From NCBI GenBank assembly GCA_963701295.1, contig OY969585.1, positions 2,592,001 through 2,656,000 of the forward strand: a stretch of 64,000 nucleotides of DNA. Direction: 5' to 3'. Source of the DNA: Ignavibacteriota bacterium. GTDB lineage: Bacteria > Bacteroidota > Ignavibacteria > UBA10030. A program made the translations under genes and the position numbers. Positions 48,973 to 57,382 of the stretch are shown piece by piece (position 1 is the stretch's first letter; every line of letters starts with the position of its first letter). Below the pieces are notes generated by a model. That model searched no databases, was not told the origin of the DNA, and saw only the letters and a program-made list of their open reading frames with translations.

Positions 48973-49954
48973 ACAGGGAGAAAATAACGGCGAAATAGTA
49001 ATCTATAAGGCAGAGGATGGAAAGACTGCCATCGATGTAAAGCTTGAACAAGAAACTGTTTGGTTGAACCAATATCAACTTGCCGAATTATTTAAGACAG
49101 ACCGAACTTCAATTCTAAGACACATCAGAAATATCTATAAAACAGGTGAGTTAGAAGAAAAGTCAACTTGTGCAAAAATTGCACAAGTTCAAAAAGAAGG
49201 TGGTCGTCGAATCAGTCGGAACATTCTCACTTATAACCTTGATCTTATTATTTCAGTCGGATACCGTGTTAATTCCAAGCGCGGCACGCAGTTTAGGATA
49301 TGGGCAACCCGCGTATTACGTGATCATCTTGTAAAAGGACTTACGGTTAACGAGAGGCGTTTAAAAGAACTGCAACAGACAGTTCATCTTATCACGGAAA
49401 TTGCAAAGCGTAGGGATTTAACAGGTGACGAAGCAAAAGCGCTCTTGAGCGTTGTGGAAGATTATACATTTGCGTTGAATTTATTGGATGATTATGACCA
49501 CCAGAAGGTGGTTCTTGCAAATACGACCGAACGTAAAGTGTATGCTGTAACGTACGATGAAGCGGTCAGAGCTATTAACCATCTGCGGAAACAATTTAAT
49601 ACTTCCGAATTGTTTGGGCGAGAGAAAGACGAAAGTCTTCGAGGTTCGCTTAATAATGTATTTCAGACATTTGAAGGAAAAGAACTGTATCCAAGTCTGG
49701 AAGAGAAAGCAGCAAATTTGCTTTATTTCCTTGTGAAGGATCACTCTTTTGTGGATGGTAATAAAAGGATTGCAGCAGCACTGTTTCTTTGGTTTCTTGA
49801 AAAGAATCGAATGCTTTATCGCGCAGATGGCACCAAACGAATTGCAGAAAACGCTCTTGTTGCAATGACTCTTCTTATTGCTGAAAGCAAACCGGCTGAT
49901 AAAGAAATCCTCGCTCGAGTTCTTACGAATTTATTGACAAAGAGAAATAAATAG
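48965..49954 (+). CDS. RhuM/Fic-Doc fusion protein
   Basis: ETVWL, YNLD.IISVGYRVNS.RGTQFRIWAT (RhuM); HSFVDGNKRIA (Doc-type Fic motif). Overlaps the RM stop. Confidence 0.9.
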   Translation: MVRQGENNGEIVIYKAEDGKTAIDVKLEQETVWLNQYQLAELFKTDRTSILRHIRNIYKTGELEEKSTCAKIAQVQKEGGRRISRNILTYNLDLIISVGYRVNSKRGTQFRIWATRVLRDHLVKGLTVNERRLKELQQTVHLITEIAKRRDLTGDEAKALLSVVEDYTFALNLLDDYDHQKVVLANTTERKVYAVTYDEAVRAINHLRKQFNTSELFGREKDESLRGSLNNVFQTFEGKELYPSLEEKAANLLYFLVKDHSFVDGNKRIAAALFLWFLEKNRMLYRADGTKRIAENALVAMTLLIAESKPADKEILARVLTNLLTKRNK

Positions 49955-49959
49955 TTGAT

Positions 49960-50038
49960 GAAAATCTTTGTAAGGATTTGATTCATCAAATCTCTAAGAA
50001 AAAGGACGTGATAAATCACGTCCTTACAAAAGCAAAAA
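49960..50038 (+). repeat. REP doublet (family B), copy 2
   Basis: gtaaggatttgattcatcaaatc...ggacgtgataaatcacgtccttacaaaagcaaaaa. Confidence 0.85.
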
Positions 50039-50057
50039 ACAAAACATTGCCACCATA

Positions 50058-50083
50058 GTCATTCCCGCGAACGCGGGAATCTC
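50058..50083 (+). repeat. GTCATTCCCGC...GCGGGAATC palindromic element
   Basis: gtcattcccgcgaacgcgggaatctc. Confidence 0.75.
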
Positions 50084-50118
50084 ATGTTGGGAAAAGTAAG
50101 ATACTAGTTGACACGGGC

Positions 50119-50997
50119 ATGACGGAAAGAGGCAAAATGGAAATAAAAAAAGAGAAAACAGCAACACTGCTCATTGTCGAAGACAGTCCGACGCAATTGC
50201 TCATACTGAAGAATTTACTCGAGAAAAATGGTTTTCATGTCGAGCGAGCGGTAGATGGCGAGGCTGCCCTATCTTGTGCTCGAAATAGTAAACCGGATCT
50301 CATTATTAGTGATATTTTTATGCCAAAGATGAATGGTTATGAACTATGTCAAACTCTCAAGCAGGACTCTAGTCTCAGGTCGATACCGGTTATATTGCTC
50401 ACCACGATGTCAGCTTCAGAGAGTATCGTCAAAGCACTGAATACCGGTGCCGATTATTTTGTCCCAAAACCGTACGATGAGAATTACCTCATTTCAAAAA
50501 TAAGATCCATTCTTGCTACAAAGGATTTGAACGGAAATCTTGATCAAAAAGAAACAATGGAAGTCGTGGTAGATGGTAAACGGTATACCGTTACTTCAAC
50601 CCGTCAGCAGATTTTGAATCTGCTTTTATCCACGTATGATGCCGTGGTTCAAAAAAACAATGAACTCGATGAGACGCAGAAGAAGCTCCGCGAGACGCAG
50701 GATCAATTAATTGAGAGTCAGCGCCTTGCGGCGATTGCAGAAGTTGTGAGTACTATATGCCACGAAATTAATAATCCTCTCACAGCAGTCATGGTACCTC
50801 TGCAATCCCGCTTACGGCATGACCTGCCGGAAAATTATAGAAAGGATTTTGAAGGATGGCTGGAAATGCTTAAGAGAATATCCGTTGCCGTTAAGAAGCT
50901 GTCAGGGTTAAAGGCATCCCAAACGACTTCGGCTGGGGGAGAGTTCAAGATGATCGATCTTTCATTAGAAGAAAATCAACAAAAGAAGAGCTCGTAG
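50119..50997 (+). CDS. Receiver domain plus HisKA protein lacking the ATPase domain
   Basis: VEDS, SDIFMP, KP receiver residues; HEINNPL H-box; ends with KMIDLS and has no N/G boxes. Confidence 0.85.
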   Translation: MTERGKMEIKKEKTATLLIVEDSPTQLLILKNLLEKNGFHVERAVDGEAALSCARNSKPDLIISDIFMPKMNGYELCQTLKQDSSLRSIPVILLTTMSASESIVKALNTGADYFVPKPYDENYLISKIRSILATKDLNGNLDQKETMEVVVDGKRYTVTSTRQQILNLLLSTYDAVVQKNNELDETQKKLRETQDQLIESQRLAAIAEVVSTICHEINNPLTAVMVPLQSRLRHDLPENYRKDFEGWLEMLKRISVAVKKLSGLKASQTTSAGGEFKMIDLSLEENQQKKSS

Positions 50998-51135
50998 AGA
51001 ATAATGTTCAGATAAAAACTGATGCTTGTGAAATAAGAGGTAGGATGCTAAGCGCTGAAAAAAAATCTCTTCTCCTACAGGGGGACAGGTCCAACATAAA
51101 AAGACACATTGACACATAATGACAGGAAGTATATC

Positions 51136-52128
51136 ATGGCAGAAAAGAAAATTAAATGGGGTATTTTAAGCACCGGATGGATAGCACATAAATTTGCGAC
51201 AGCGCTTCAGGTCGCAGCCAATTCTGAACTGTACGCCGTCGGTTCTCGTAATCTCGGCACAGCAAAAAAGTTTGCCAGCGAATTTCATATCCCCAAAGCC
51301 TACGGCAGTTATGAGGAACTTGTCAAAGATCCCGCTGTCGATGTTGTGTATATCGGGACACCGCACAATCTTCATTTAGAGAACACACTGCTTGCTCTCG
51401 ATCATCGGAAACATGTGCTTTGTGAAAAACCATTGGGCGTCAATCGGAAAGAAGCAGTTCAGATGATTGACAAAGCGAAAAAGAAAAATCTCTTTTTGAT
51501 GGAAGCGCTTTGGAGCCGCTTTCTTCCGAACATCATCAAAACAAAAGAGTTGATCGATTCCGGTGAAATCGGAGATGTAAAACTCATGACTGCATTCTTT
51601 TCCATTAAATCCGATAATGGACCGGAACACAGGCATTACAATATCGATCTTTGCGGCGGCACAATCCTGGACACTGGAATCTATAATATCTTTCTCTCGC
51701 TGCTGCTTCTTGGAAAACCAAAAAGCATTTCTGCCATCGCCGGGTTAAGCGAACAGGGCGGCGATAACAGCTGCAGTTACACGTTCAAATATGAGAAGGA
51801 TACTCTTTCAGTCATGTATTCCTCCTTCCTCGCAGATCCGGCTGGTGTTGCCGAGATCCATGGCACAAGAGGAAAAATTATTCTCGATCATTTATGGTTT
51901 TGCCCGGGTAAAGTGAAATTAACGTATCACGACGGCAAAGAAAAAATATTTGAATTTGATTTCAAGGGTAACGGTTATGAGTATGAAGCAGAGGAAACAG
52001 CAAAGTGTATTCTTGCCGGAAAGACTCAAAGCGATTTGTGGAGCTGGAATGACAGCATACAGCTAATAAGTGTTATGGATGCTGTCAGAAAAGAATGCGG
52101 GATTGTGTATCCCAAGCATGATTTATAA
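51136..52128 (+). CDS. Gfo/Idh/MocA-family oxidoreductase
   Basis: WGILSTGWIA, VYIGTPH, HVLCEKP, GG.ILD.GIY motifs. Confidence 0.92.
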   Translation: MAEKKIKWGILSTGWIAHKFATALQVAANSELYAVGSRNLGTAKKFASEFHIPKAYGSYEELVKDPAVDVVYIGTPHNLHLENTLLALDHRKHVLCEKPLGVNRKEAVQMIDKAKKKNLFLMEALWSRFLPNIIKTKELIDSGEIGDVKLMTAFFSIKSDNGPEHRHYNIDLCGGTILDTGIYNIFLSLLLLGKPKSISAIAGLSEQGGDNSCSYTFKYEKDTLSVMYSSFLADPAGVAEIHGTRGKIILDHLWFCPGKVKLTYHDGKEKIFEFDFKGNGYEYEAEETAKCILAGKTQSDLWSWNDSIQLISVMDAVRKECGIVYPKHDL

Positions 52129-52167
52129 AAAGGAATATATCGTCACAATGCCGAGGTAAAAAATATG

Positions 52168-52249
52168 GTAGCCGCGACTGACTTGCCAGACATGTTGTTT
52201 GGCGGGTGGTGGAGGTCTGCATGATGCAGAGGTCAACGACCTCGGCTAT
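52168..52249. repeat. GTAG REP-like composite (family C)
   Basis: gtagccg...ttgcc...ggcggg...gaggtcaacgacctcggctat; collinear with 53889-53990. Confidence 0.75.
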
Positions 52250-52310
52250 TGAACTTTTAAGATATACGAGAAATAACAAGTTTTTAAAAACTATTTCATC
52301 ATAGGAGGAT

Positions 52311-52706
52311 GTGATTATGGAGAAAATTACAGAACTCTTTGTCGTTGTTGAGAATAGACCCGGTGCACTGGGAGAACTTCTTGGATGTCTTGGTAGGGAG
52401 AAAATTAATATTGAAGCCATCGGGCTTTTCCAGGATACAGCGAAACTTTCTGTTTCGGATGTTGATCGTGCTGCAAAAGTAATGAAACAAAGCAACTACC
52501 AGGTGGAGCAGCGCGAAGTACTCCGGCTTCACCTGGACAACAAACCGGGCTCGTTTGCAATTGTTGTTTCGCGTCTCGGGGCGGCCGGGATCAACATCGA
52601 TTACTGCTATAGTACAGTCGGCAAAGGACAGAAGGATGCGTCCGTCATACTCGATGTCGAAGACATCGATCGTGCTATGTCGGTTCTTCAGGGAGCCGAG
52701 AAGTAA
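52311..52706 (+). CDS. Tandem ACT-domain protein
   Basis: ENRPGAL...INI and DNKPG...GINIDY.Y repeats; SD aggagg. Confidence 0.88.
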   Translation: MIMEKITELFVVVENRPGALGELLGCLGREKINIEAIGLFQDTAKLSVSDVDRAAKVMKQSNYQVEQREVLRLHLDNKPGSFAIVVSRLGAAGINIDYCYSTVGKGQKDASVILDVEDIDRAMSVLQGAEK

Positions 52707-52749
52707 AGTTGAAGCAGAACGGGGGTGAAAAAGCGGCCTGTAAAATACA

Positions 52750-52888
52750 GCGGTCAGCGACCTCGTTGAATGTGTTTAAAATTTTGTTACATGTTTTACG
52801 TTTAGCTGTTGCTCCAGCTGCCCAACCCAGCATAAAGAATGGCGGGTAAACAAGATGGCGGACAAGACGACCTCGGCTACAGATGTAC
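52750..52888. repeat. Family C REP-like units
   Basis: gcggtcagcgacctcg (52750) and ggcggacaagacgacctcggctacagatgtac (52857-52888). Confidence 0.7.
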
Positions 52889-52928
52889 ATAGAAATGAAA
52901 ACTGAGAAGATGGAAACAGAAAAACAAT

Positions 52929-53786
52929 ATGAAAGGTAAAAATATGAAAAAGAAAATATTTGTCAGCATCGGAATAGCATTGCTTGTCATCATAATTGGG
53001 GCAATCATCATATTTTATCCGGCAATTCGCTTCATGACACAAAAAGACATTGTCCAGCTTGACTCAAACCTTACACTCATGCTTGGAGGCGGTGGCAACA
53101 GCGGAATCATTATAGGCGATAGTGTTGTGGTCGTAATCGATACAAAGATGATGAGCAGTTCTGAAGATCTGTTCAAACTCGCTAAGGAGAAAGCAGGCCA
53201 AAAACCGATTATCGTGATCAACACGCATTATCACAAAGACCACGTAAATGGAAATAAATTCTTCAAAGGCAGCAGGATCTATATTGGGAGTTATGAAAAA
53301 GAATTTCTTCAAAAGAATATCGATGCAGAAAATCAGCCGACAGATTTTGTAAAGGACAGCCTGTTGATCGATCTTGGTAATGAGAAAGTGCACCTTTATA
53401 ATCTTGGCCAAGCTCATACGTTGAATGATCTCGTTGTTTATCTATCAAGCCATAATGTTTTGTTTACTGGAGATTTGATATTCAATCGGGTCAATCCAGT
53501 GTTAAAGGAAGAGAGTGGGGCAAATGTCTCACAATGGATACGCGCGTTGGATATCATTCTGAGCCGCTGGGGAAACAGCAAGATTGTTCCTGGACACGGA
53601 CAGGTGGGAGATAAAGAAATGGTTGTATCCATGCGTCAATATTTTATTGATATGAAATCTGCCGCCGCAGACCCAAGTAAAGAAAATCAGTTAAAGGATG
53701 CATATAAAGACTGGATGAAATTACCAGGTATGTCGTCACCTGAAAAGACTATCGAATATATAAAAATGTGTGATGTGAAAAAGTAA
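52929..53786 (+). CDS. Exported MBL-fold hydrolase (cyclase/glyoxalase II-like)
   Basis: N-terminal TM segment, NTHYHKDHVNGN, AHT, FTGDL, VPGHG motifs. Confidence 0.88.
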   Translation: MKGKNMKKKIFVSIGIALLVIIIGAIIIFYPAIRFMTQKDIVQLDSNLTLMLGGGGNSGIIIGDSVVVVIDTKMMSSSEDLFKLAKEKAGQKPIIVINTHYHKDHVNGNKFFKGSRIYIGSYEKEFLQKNIDAENQPTDFVKDSLLIDLGNEKVHLYNLGQAHTLNDLVVYLSSHNVLFTGDLIFNRVNPVLKEESGANVSQWIRALDIILSRWGNSKIVPGHGQVGDKEMVVSMRQYFIDMKSAAADPSKENQLKDAYKDWMKLPGMSSPEKTIEYIKMCDVKK

Positions 53787-53806
53787 ATGGAATAATGCAG
53801 CTGCGG

Positions 53807-53884
53807 GAAATTCTCGTAGGGATTTAATTCATCAAATCATTGTGGAGGTGAACGTGATAAATCATGTCCCCCCAAAAGCAAAAA
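53807..53884 (+). repeat. REP doublet (family B), copy 3
   Basis: gtagggatttaattcatcaaatc...acgtgataaatcatgtccccccaaaagcaaaaa. Confidence 0.8.
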
Positions 53885-53888
53885 TATT

Positions 53889-53990
53889 GTATCCGCAATT
53901 GGCTTGCCCGGCACATTGTTGGGCGTGTGATCGTGGTCTGCACGATGCTTAGGTCAGGGACAGCAATCCGAGGTCAACGACGTAGGCTAC
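53889..53990. repeat. Family C REP-like composite
   Basis: gtatccg...ttgccc...gggcg...gaggtcaacgacgtaggctac. Confidence 0.7.
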
Positions 53991-54024
53991 AGGTCTAGTG
54001 AAATTTATGAACAGGAGTTGAAAT

Positions 54025-54192
54025 ATGGGTGGTATTATCGATGCAATATTATCAAATAAGCTTTATATGATTTTTGCTGCATGTATAGTAGGCATTATGG
54101 TTTATTATATCATAAAAAAGACGATAAAATTATTTCTATACGCCTTTATTGTACTTATCGTATTTCTAGCATATATTTATATATTCAAATGA
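54025..54192 (+). CDS. Small 55-aa two-TM membrane protein (absent from the ORF track)
   Basis: SD aggag at 54013; MGGIIDAILSNKLYMIFAACIVGIMVYYIIKKTIKLFLYAFIVLIVFLAYIYIFK. Confidence 0.7.
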   Translation: MGGIIDAILSNKLYMIFAACIVGIMVYYIIKKTIKLFLYAFIVLIVFLAYIYIFK

Positions 54193-54280
54193 GTCTGTCT
54201 CATCGATTATCGAACCAGTTCAAAAAGCTGGAGAAATCCAGCATCAGAACAATAGGAAAACAATAACAGCAAAGGTAAAC

Positions 54281-54466
54281 ATGGAAGAAGAAAAAAAGGA
54301 AATACACCCGGTCATCGGCGAATATCAGGGCAAACCGATTATCCGCATCCCGACTGTAGATAATCCAAACCCCGATACAACTTGGCACTGGCTCTCGTTT
54401 GGGAAGAACAAAGCGAAGGCGATCGTAAAATACTATGATGCGATAAAGAAGTTTGCAGAAAGTTAG
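54281..54466 (+). CDS. Small hypothetical protein, possibly PC4-like fold
   Basis: SD aaggt; GEYQGKPII, LSFG..KAKAI, IKKF motifs. Confidence 0.75.
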   Translation: MEEEKKEIHPVIGEYQGKPIIRIPTVDNPNPDTTWHWLSFGKNKAKAIVKYYDAIKKFAES

Positions 54467-54816
54467 GGAAGATAAAATGTTTGAGGTCGCCGGCCTTGGA
54501 TACAGTACGTTGTCAAAAGAAAGAAGAAAGATTTTGAAGCCATGATCGGTGAAAGCGATCGTAAGGGAATATAAGGCAAATGCCGACGTCAACAATGTCG
54601 GCTGCAAATGTACGCGAGATGATAATCAATCTTCTATAGGAAATGATCAAAAATAGTAGTATCCTGTACGTAGAGCGATACCTATAGGTCACGTAAAACA
54701 TTAAATAGATCCTGCCAGACAAAGAACTCAAGATAGCACCTCTAGAAAAAATCACTAGCAACGATCACACATCAAACAACAGTACACTATAACAAAGTAT
54801 TCAAAGGAGAAACACC

Positions 54817-55146
54817 ATGAAAATGTACGTCGGTAATCTGTCACGCGATATTACGGAAGACGAATTGAAAAAAGAATTTGCAGCATTCGGAGCCGTTGAT
54901 TCTGTTACTCTCATAAAAGATAAATTTACCGGAACAGCGAAAGGATTTGGATTTGTGGAGATGTCGGTACGTGCGGAAGCAGAAGCGGCTATTGCCGGAT
55001 TGAATGATAAAGAACTCAAGGGGCGTAAAATTGTAGTGAACGAAGCGCGCCCGATGGCCGACCGAAAGTCGAACGATCGTGGACGCGGCGGCAAAGGCGG
55101 CGGTGGAAACAGATCTCAGGTACTAACCACGATGTATTTATTTTGA
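54817..55146 (+). CDS. RRM RNA-binding protein
   Basis: RNP2 MYVGNL, RNP1 KGFGFVEM, Gly-rich tail; SD aggag. Confidence 0.93.
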   Translation: MKMYVGNLSRDITEDELKKEFAAFGAVDSVTLIKDKFTGTAKGFGFVEMSVRAEAEAAIAGLNDKELKGRKIVVNEARPMADRKSNDRGRGGKGGGGNRSQVLTTMYLF

Positions 55147-55170
55147 CTCACCTTTTTCACATCTTCGAGG

Positions 55171-55202
55171 GAATTGCACGCTAGAAATGAAGCGTGCAAT
55201 TC
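55171..55202. other. 12-bp perfect hairpin after the RRM gene
   Basis: gaattgcacgct/agcgtgcaattc; no U tract. Confidence 0.55.
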
Positions 55203-55318
55203 GCGAGACCTCCCGGCCACACGAGAAGATGTTGCAGCAGTGACCGATGGTCACGATATGCTCAATACTGACATCACCGACGCTGGCTACAGATGTACCG
55301 AGAGATTATCGGAATTGT

Positions 55319-55539
55319 ATGAAATCTGAACAGCCCAATAATCCGCTCCATGGCAAGACATTGGAAATAATCTTGCATCATTTGGTAGATCAGTATGGTG
55401 GGAACAATTGGGTGCAAGGATTAAAATCAAATGCTTCAATGACAATCCAAGTATACAATCGAGTTTAAAATTTTTACGCAAGACTCCCTGGGCACGCGTA
55501 AAAGTGGAAAACCTGTATCTCGAGAGTATGGAAGATTAA
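55319..55539 (+). pseudogene. VF530/DUF2132 DNA-binding protein, frameshifted
   Basis: [10 protein letters not shown]...YG, then a frame change at about 55398 to [33 protein letters not shown]. Confidence 0.85.
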
Positions 55540-55609
55540 ATTGCGATATATGTAAGGACACAGAATTGAGAGATTACTATAACGCAACTAACAATTATTG
55601 TGAAAAATA

Positions 55610-56533
55610 TTATCCGTTATCTACCAATCCCGCCATATTTTCGTAGAATATCTTTTTAATGTCAGCTATCGGTAAGCGCATTTCCTGCACCAGCTTCAAC
55701 TGATTATCCACGATGTCATAGCGGTAACCGCGGGGCAGTAATCCGGAATCCGATCCGAACAATATCCTATTGGGCGCAAAGATGTCCAAGAATTTCTGAA
55801 ATACACGGCGCATATCTGGTTTATCTTGGTGTTCGGTGATCCATGAGTTAGATCCGGCAGTGTCAACGTAAACGTTTTTACATTCCTGACCGGTCAATAA
55901 TGTCTCAGCGAGCCTTCCCGCACCGAAATTTGGAATGATGAACTTGATACCGTTAAACATTTTAGCAACCGGAATAAGATCTTTAGGGTTTGAGAATTCT
56001 TCGTTTGTCACCGGAGGAATGCCTGCATAGTCGCGCGGACGCATAAGGAGCTTACCGAAGTGAACAAAGATTATGCCTTTGCATTCTTGGATGAGATTGT
56101 AGAGCGGATAAAGCCATTCGTCGTTGACACTAATGTGGTACAACGAAGGATAGAGCAAGATGCCCTTAAACTTGTCTTCTATCATCCGCTTGGTGGCATT
56201 TTCCATCAAAACATTTGAATTAGGATCAACCGCAAATATTCCTGTAAAACGAGCGGGAAATGCATGCACCGCTTTGACAACGGATTCTTCATCACCGGGG
56301 ATACTACCAAAGAGCATCAACCGCTCCAACTTCCATTTGTCCATGATATCGATCCATCGTTTGGCAAGCTGTTCCGGATCTTCGCCTGGGATTTCAATAT
56401 GTCCCTTGGCTGCTAAGTTTCGCAGTTCAGTATTCATATCAGCTCGGTTCGGCTTCTGCTTTATTAAAAATTTAAAGAAAGAGTTCGAGTAGAAGTGAAC
56501 GTGTGCATCAAATATTTTGAAGAGACCAATCAT
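55610..56533 (-). CDS. Amidohydrolase_2-family protein
   Basis: DAHVH, VHFG, NVYVDT, ILFGSD motifs; begins 2 nt after the mqnD stop. Confidence 0.85.
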   Translation of the reverse strand: MIGLFKIFDAHVHFYSNSFFKFLIKQKPNRADMNTELRNLAAKGHIEIPGEDPEQLAKRWIDIMDKWKLERLMLFGSIPGDEESVVKAVHAFPARFTGIFAVDPNSNVLMENATKRMIEDKFKGILLYPSLYHISVNDEWLYPLYNLIQECKGIIFVHFGKLLMRPRDYAGIPPVTNEEFSNPKDLIPVAKMFNGIKFIIPNFGAGRLAETLLTGQECKNVYVDTAGSNSWITEHQDKPDMRRVFQKFLDIFAPNRILFGSDSGLLPRGYRYDIVDNQLKLVQEMRLPIADIKKIFYENMAGLVDNG

Positions 56534-56535
56534 TG

Positions 56536-57372
56536 CTAAAACAATTCGATAGTGCCCACAGGAGCAATCAAGGTACGTTCTGCACCGAGGAGGAAGAGTG
56601 TTTCAAGAGCTTTCTTACCGCGTTCTCCCATATCCACCGTTAATTCGCTGACATACATTTTCACAAAACGTTCTCCAAGTGCAATATCGATTCCGCGCCC
56701 ATACTGCAATGCGTACGGAATTGCTTCTGATTGATGCGTGTATCCGTAATGAATACTTTGTTTCAATCCGACAGAAAGTGTGTGAGCCAGCACTTCACCA
56801 AGATCTTTCCGCACGACATCGAGCCCTAAAGGCAGCGGCAAATCGTCAAACCGTGATTTCCACAACTCACCCAAATCGATGATCTTCTTAAAACCTTGAT
56901 CGGCGTATGTAATTTGTTCCTCGTGAATTAACACGCCTGCCGCAAACTCACCTGATTCGACACGGTTCATAATTTGATCAAACGGGATATCTACATTCTC
57001 CAATCCGTCCGTGAAGATTTTGAAAATAAGCGATGCTGTTGTTAGTTTCCCCGGTGTTGCAATCTTCTTGCCCTGAAGTTCCTCTAAAGAATCATAATTC
57101 CTTGATATGAGAACCGGTCCGTAACCTTCGCCCATACTGGCGCCTGTCGCCATAATCCAATAATTATCGGCGACAGAAGGATATGCATGAGCAGAGATGG
57201 CAGTTACTTCCAGTTCATCCTTTAAAGCGCGCATATTTAAGGTTTGAATATCCTCAAGCATATGATCAATGATGATACCGTCGAGTTTCACTTTCCCGGA
57301 CGAGAGGCCGTAGAACATAAATGCATCATCCGGATCTGGGCTATGTCCAATTCTGATAATTCTATCGCTCAT
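56536..57372 (-). CDS. mqnD: 1,4-dihydroxy-6-naphthoate synthase
   Basis: GHSPDPDDAFMFY, SMGEGYGP, IHE, LPLPLG, MYV motifs. Confidence 0.9.
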   Translation of the reverse strand: MSDRIIRIGHSPDPDDAFMFYGLSSGKVKLDGIIIDHMLEDIQTLNMRALKDELEVTAISAHAYPSVADNYWIMATGASMGEGYGPVLISRNYDSLEELQGKKIATPGKLTTASLIFKIFTDGLENVDIPFDQIMNRVESGEFAAGVLIHEEQITYADQGFKKIIDLGELWKSRFDDLPLPLGLDVVRKDLGEVLAHTLSVGLKQSIHYGYTHQSEAIPYALQYGRGIDIALGERFVKMYVSELTVDMGERGKKALETLFLLGAERTLIAPVGTIELF

Positions 57373-57382
57373 AATTTTCTTG

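Noticed and set aside
52168-55298. CRISPR array
   Set aside because: The repeats are degenerate, irregularly spaced and separated by whole genes, and there are no cas genes.
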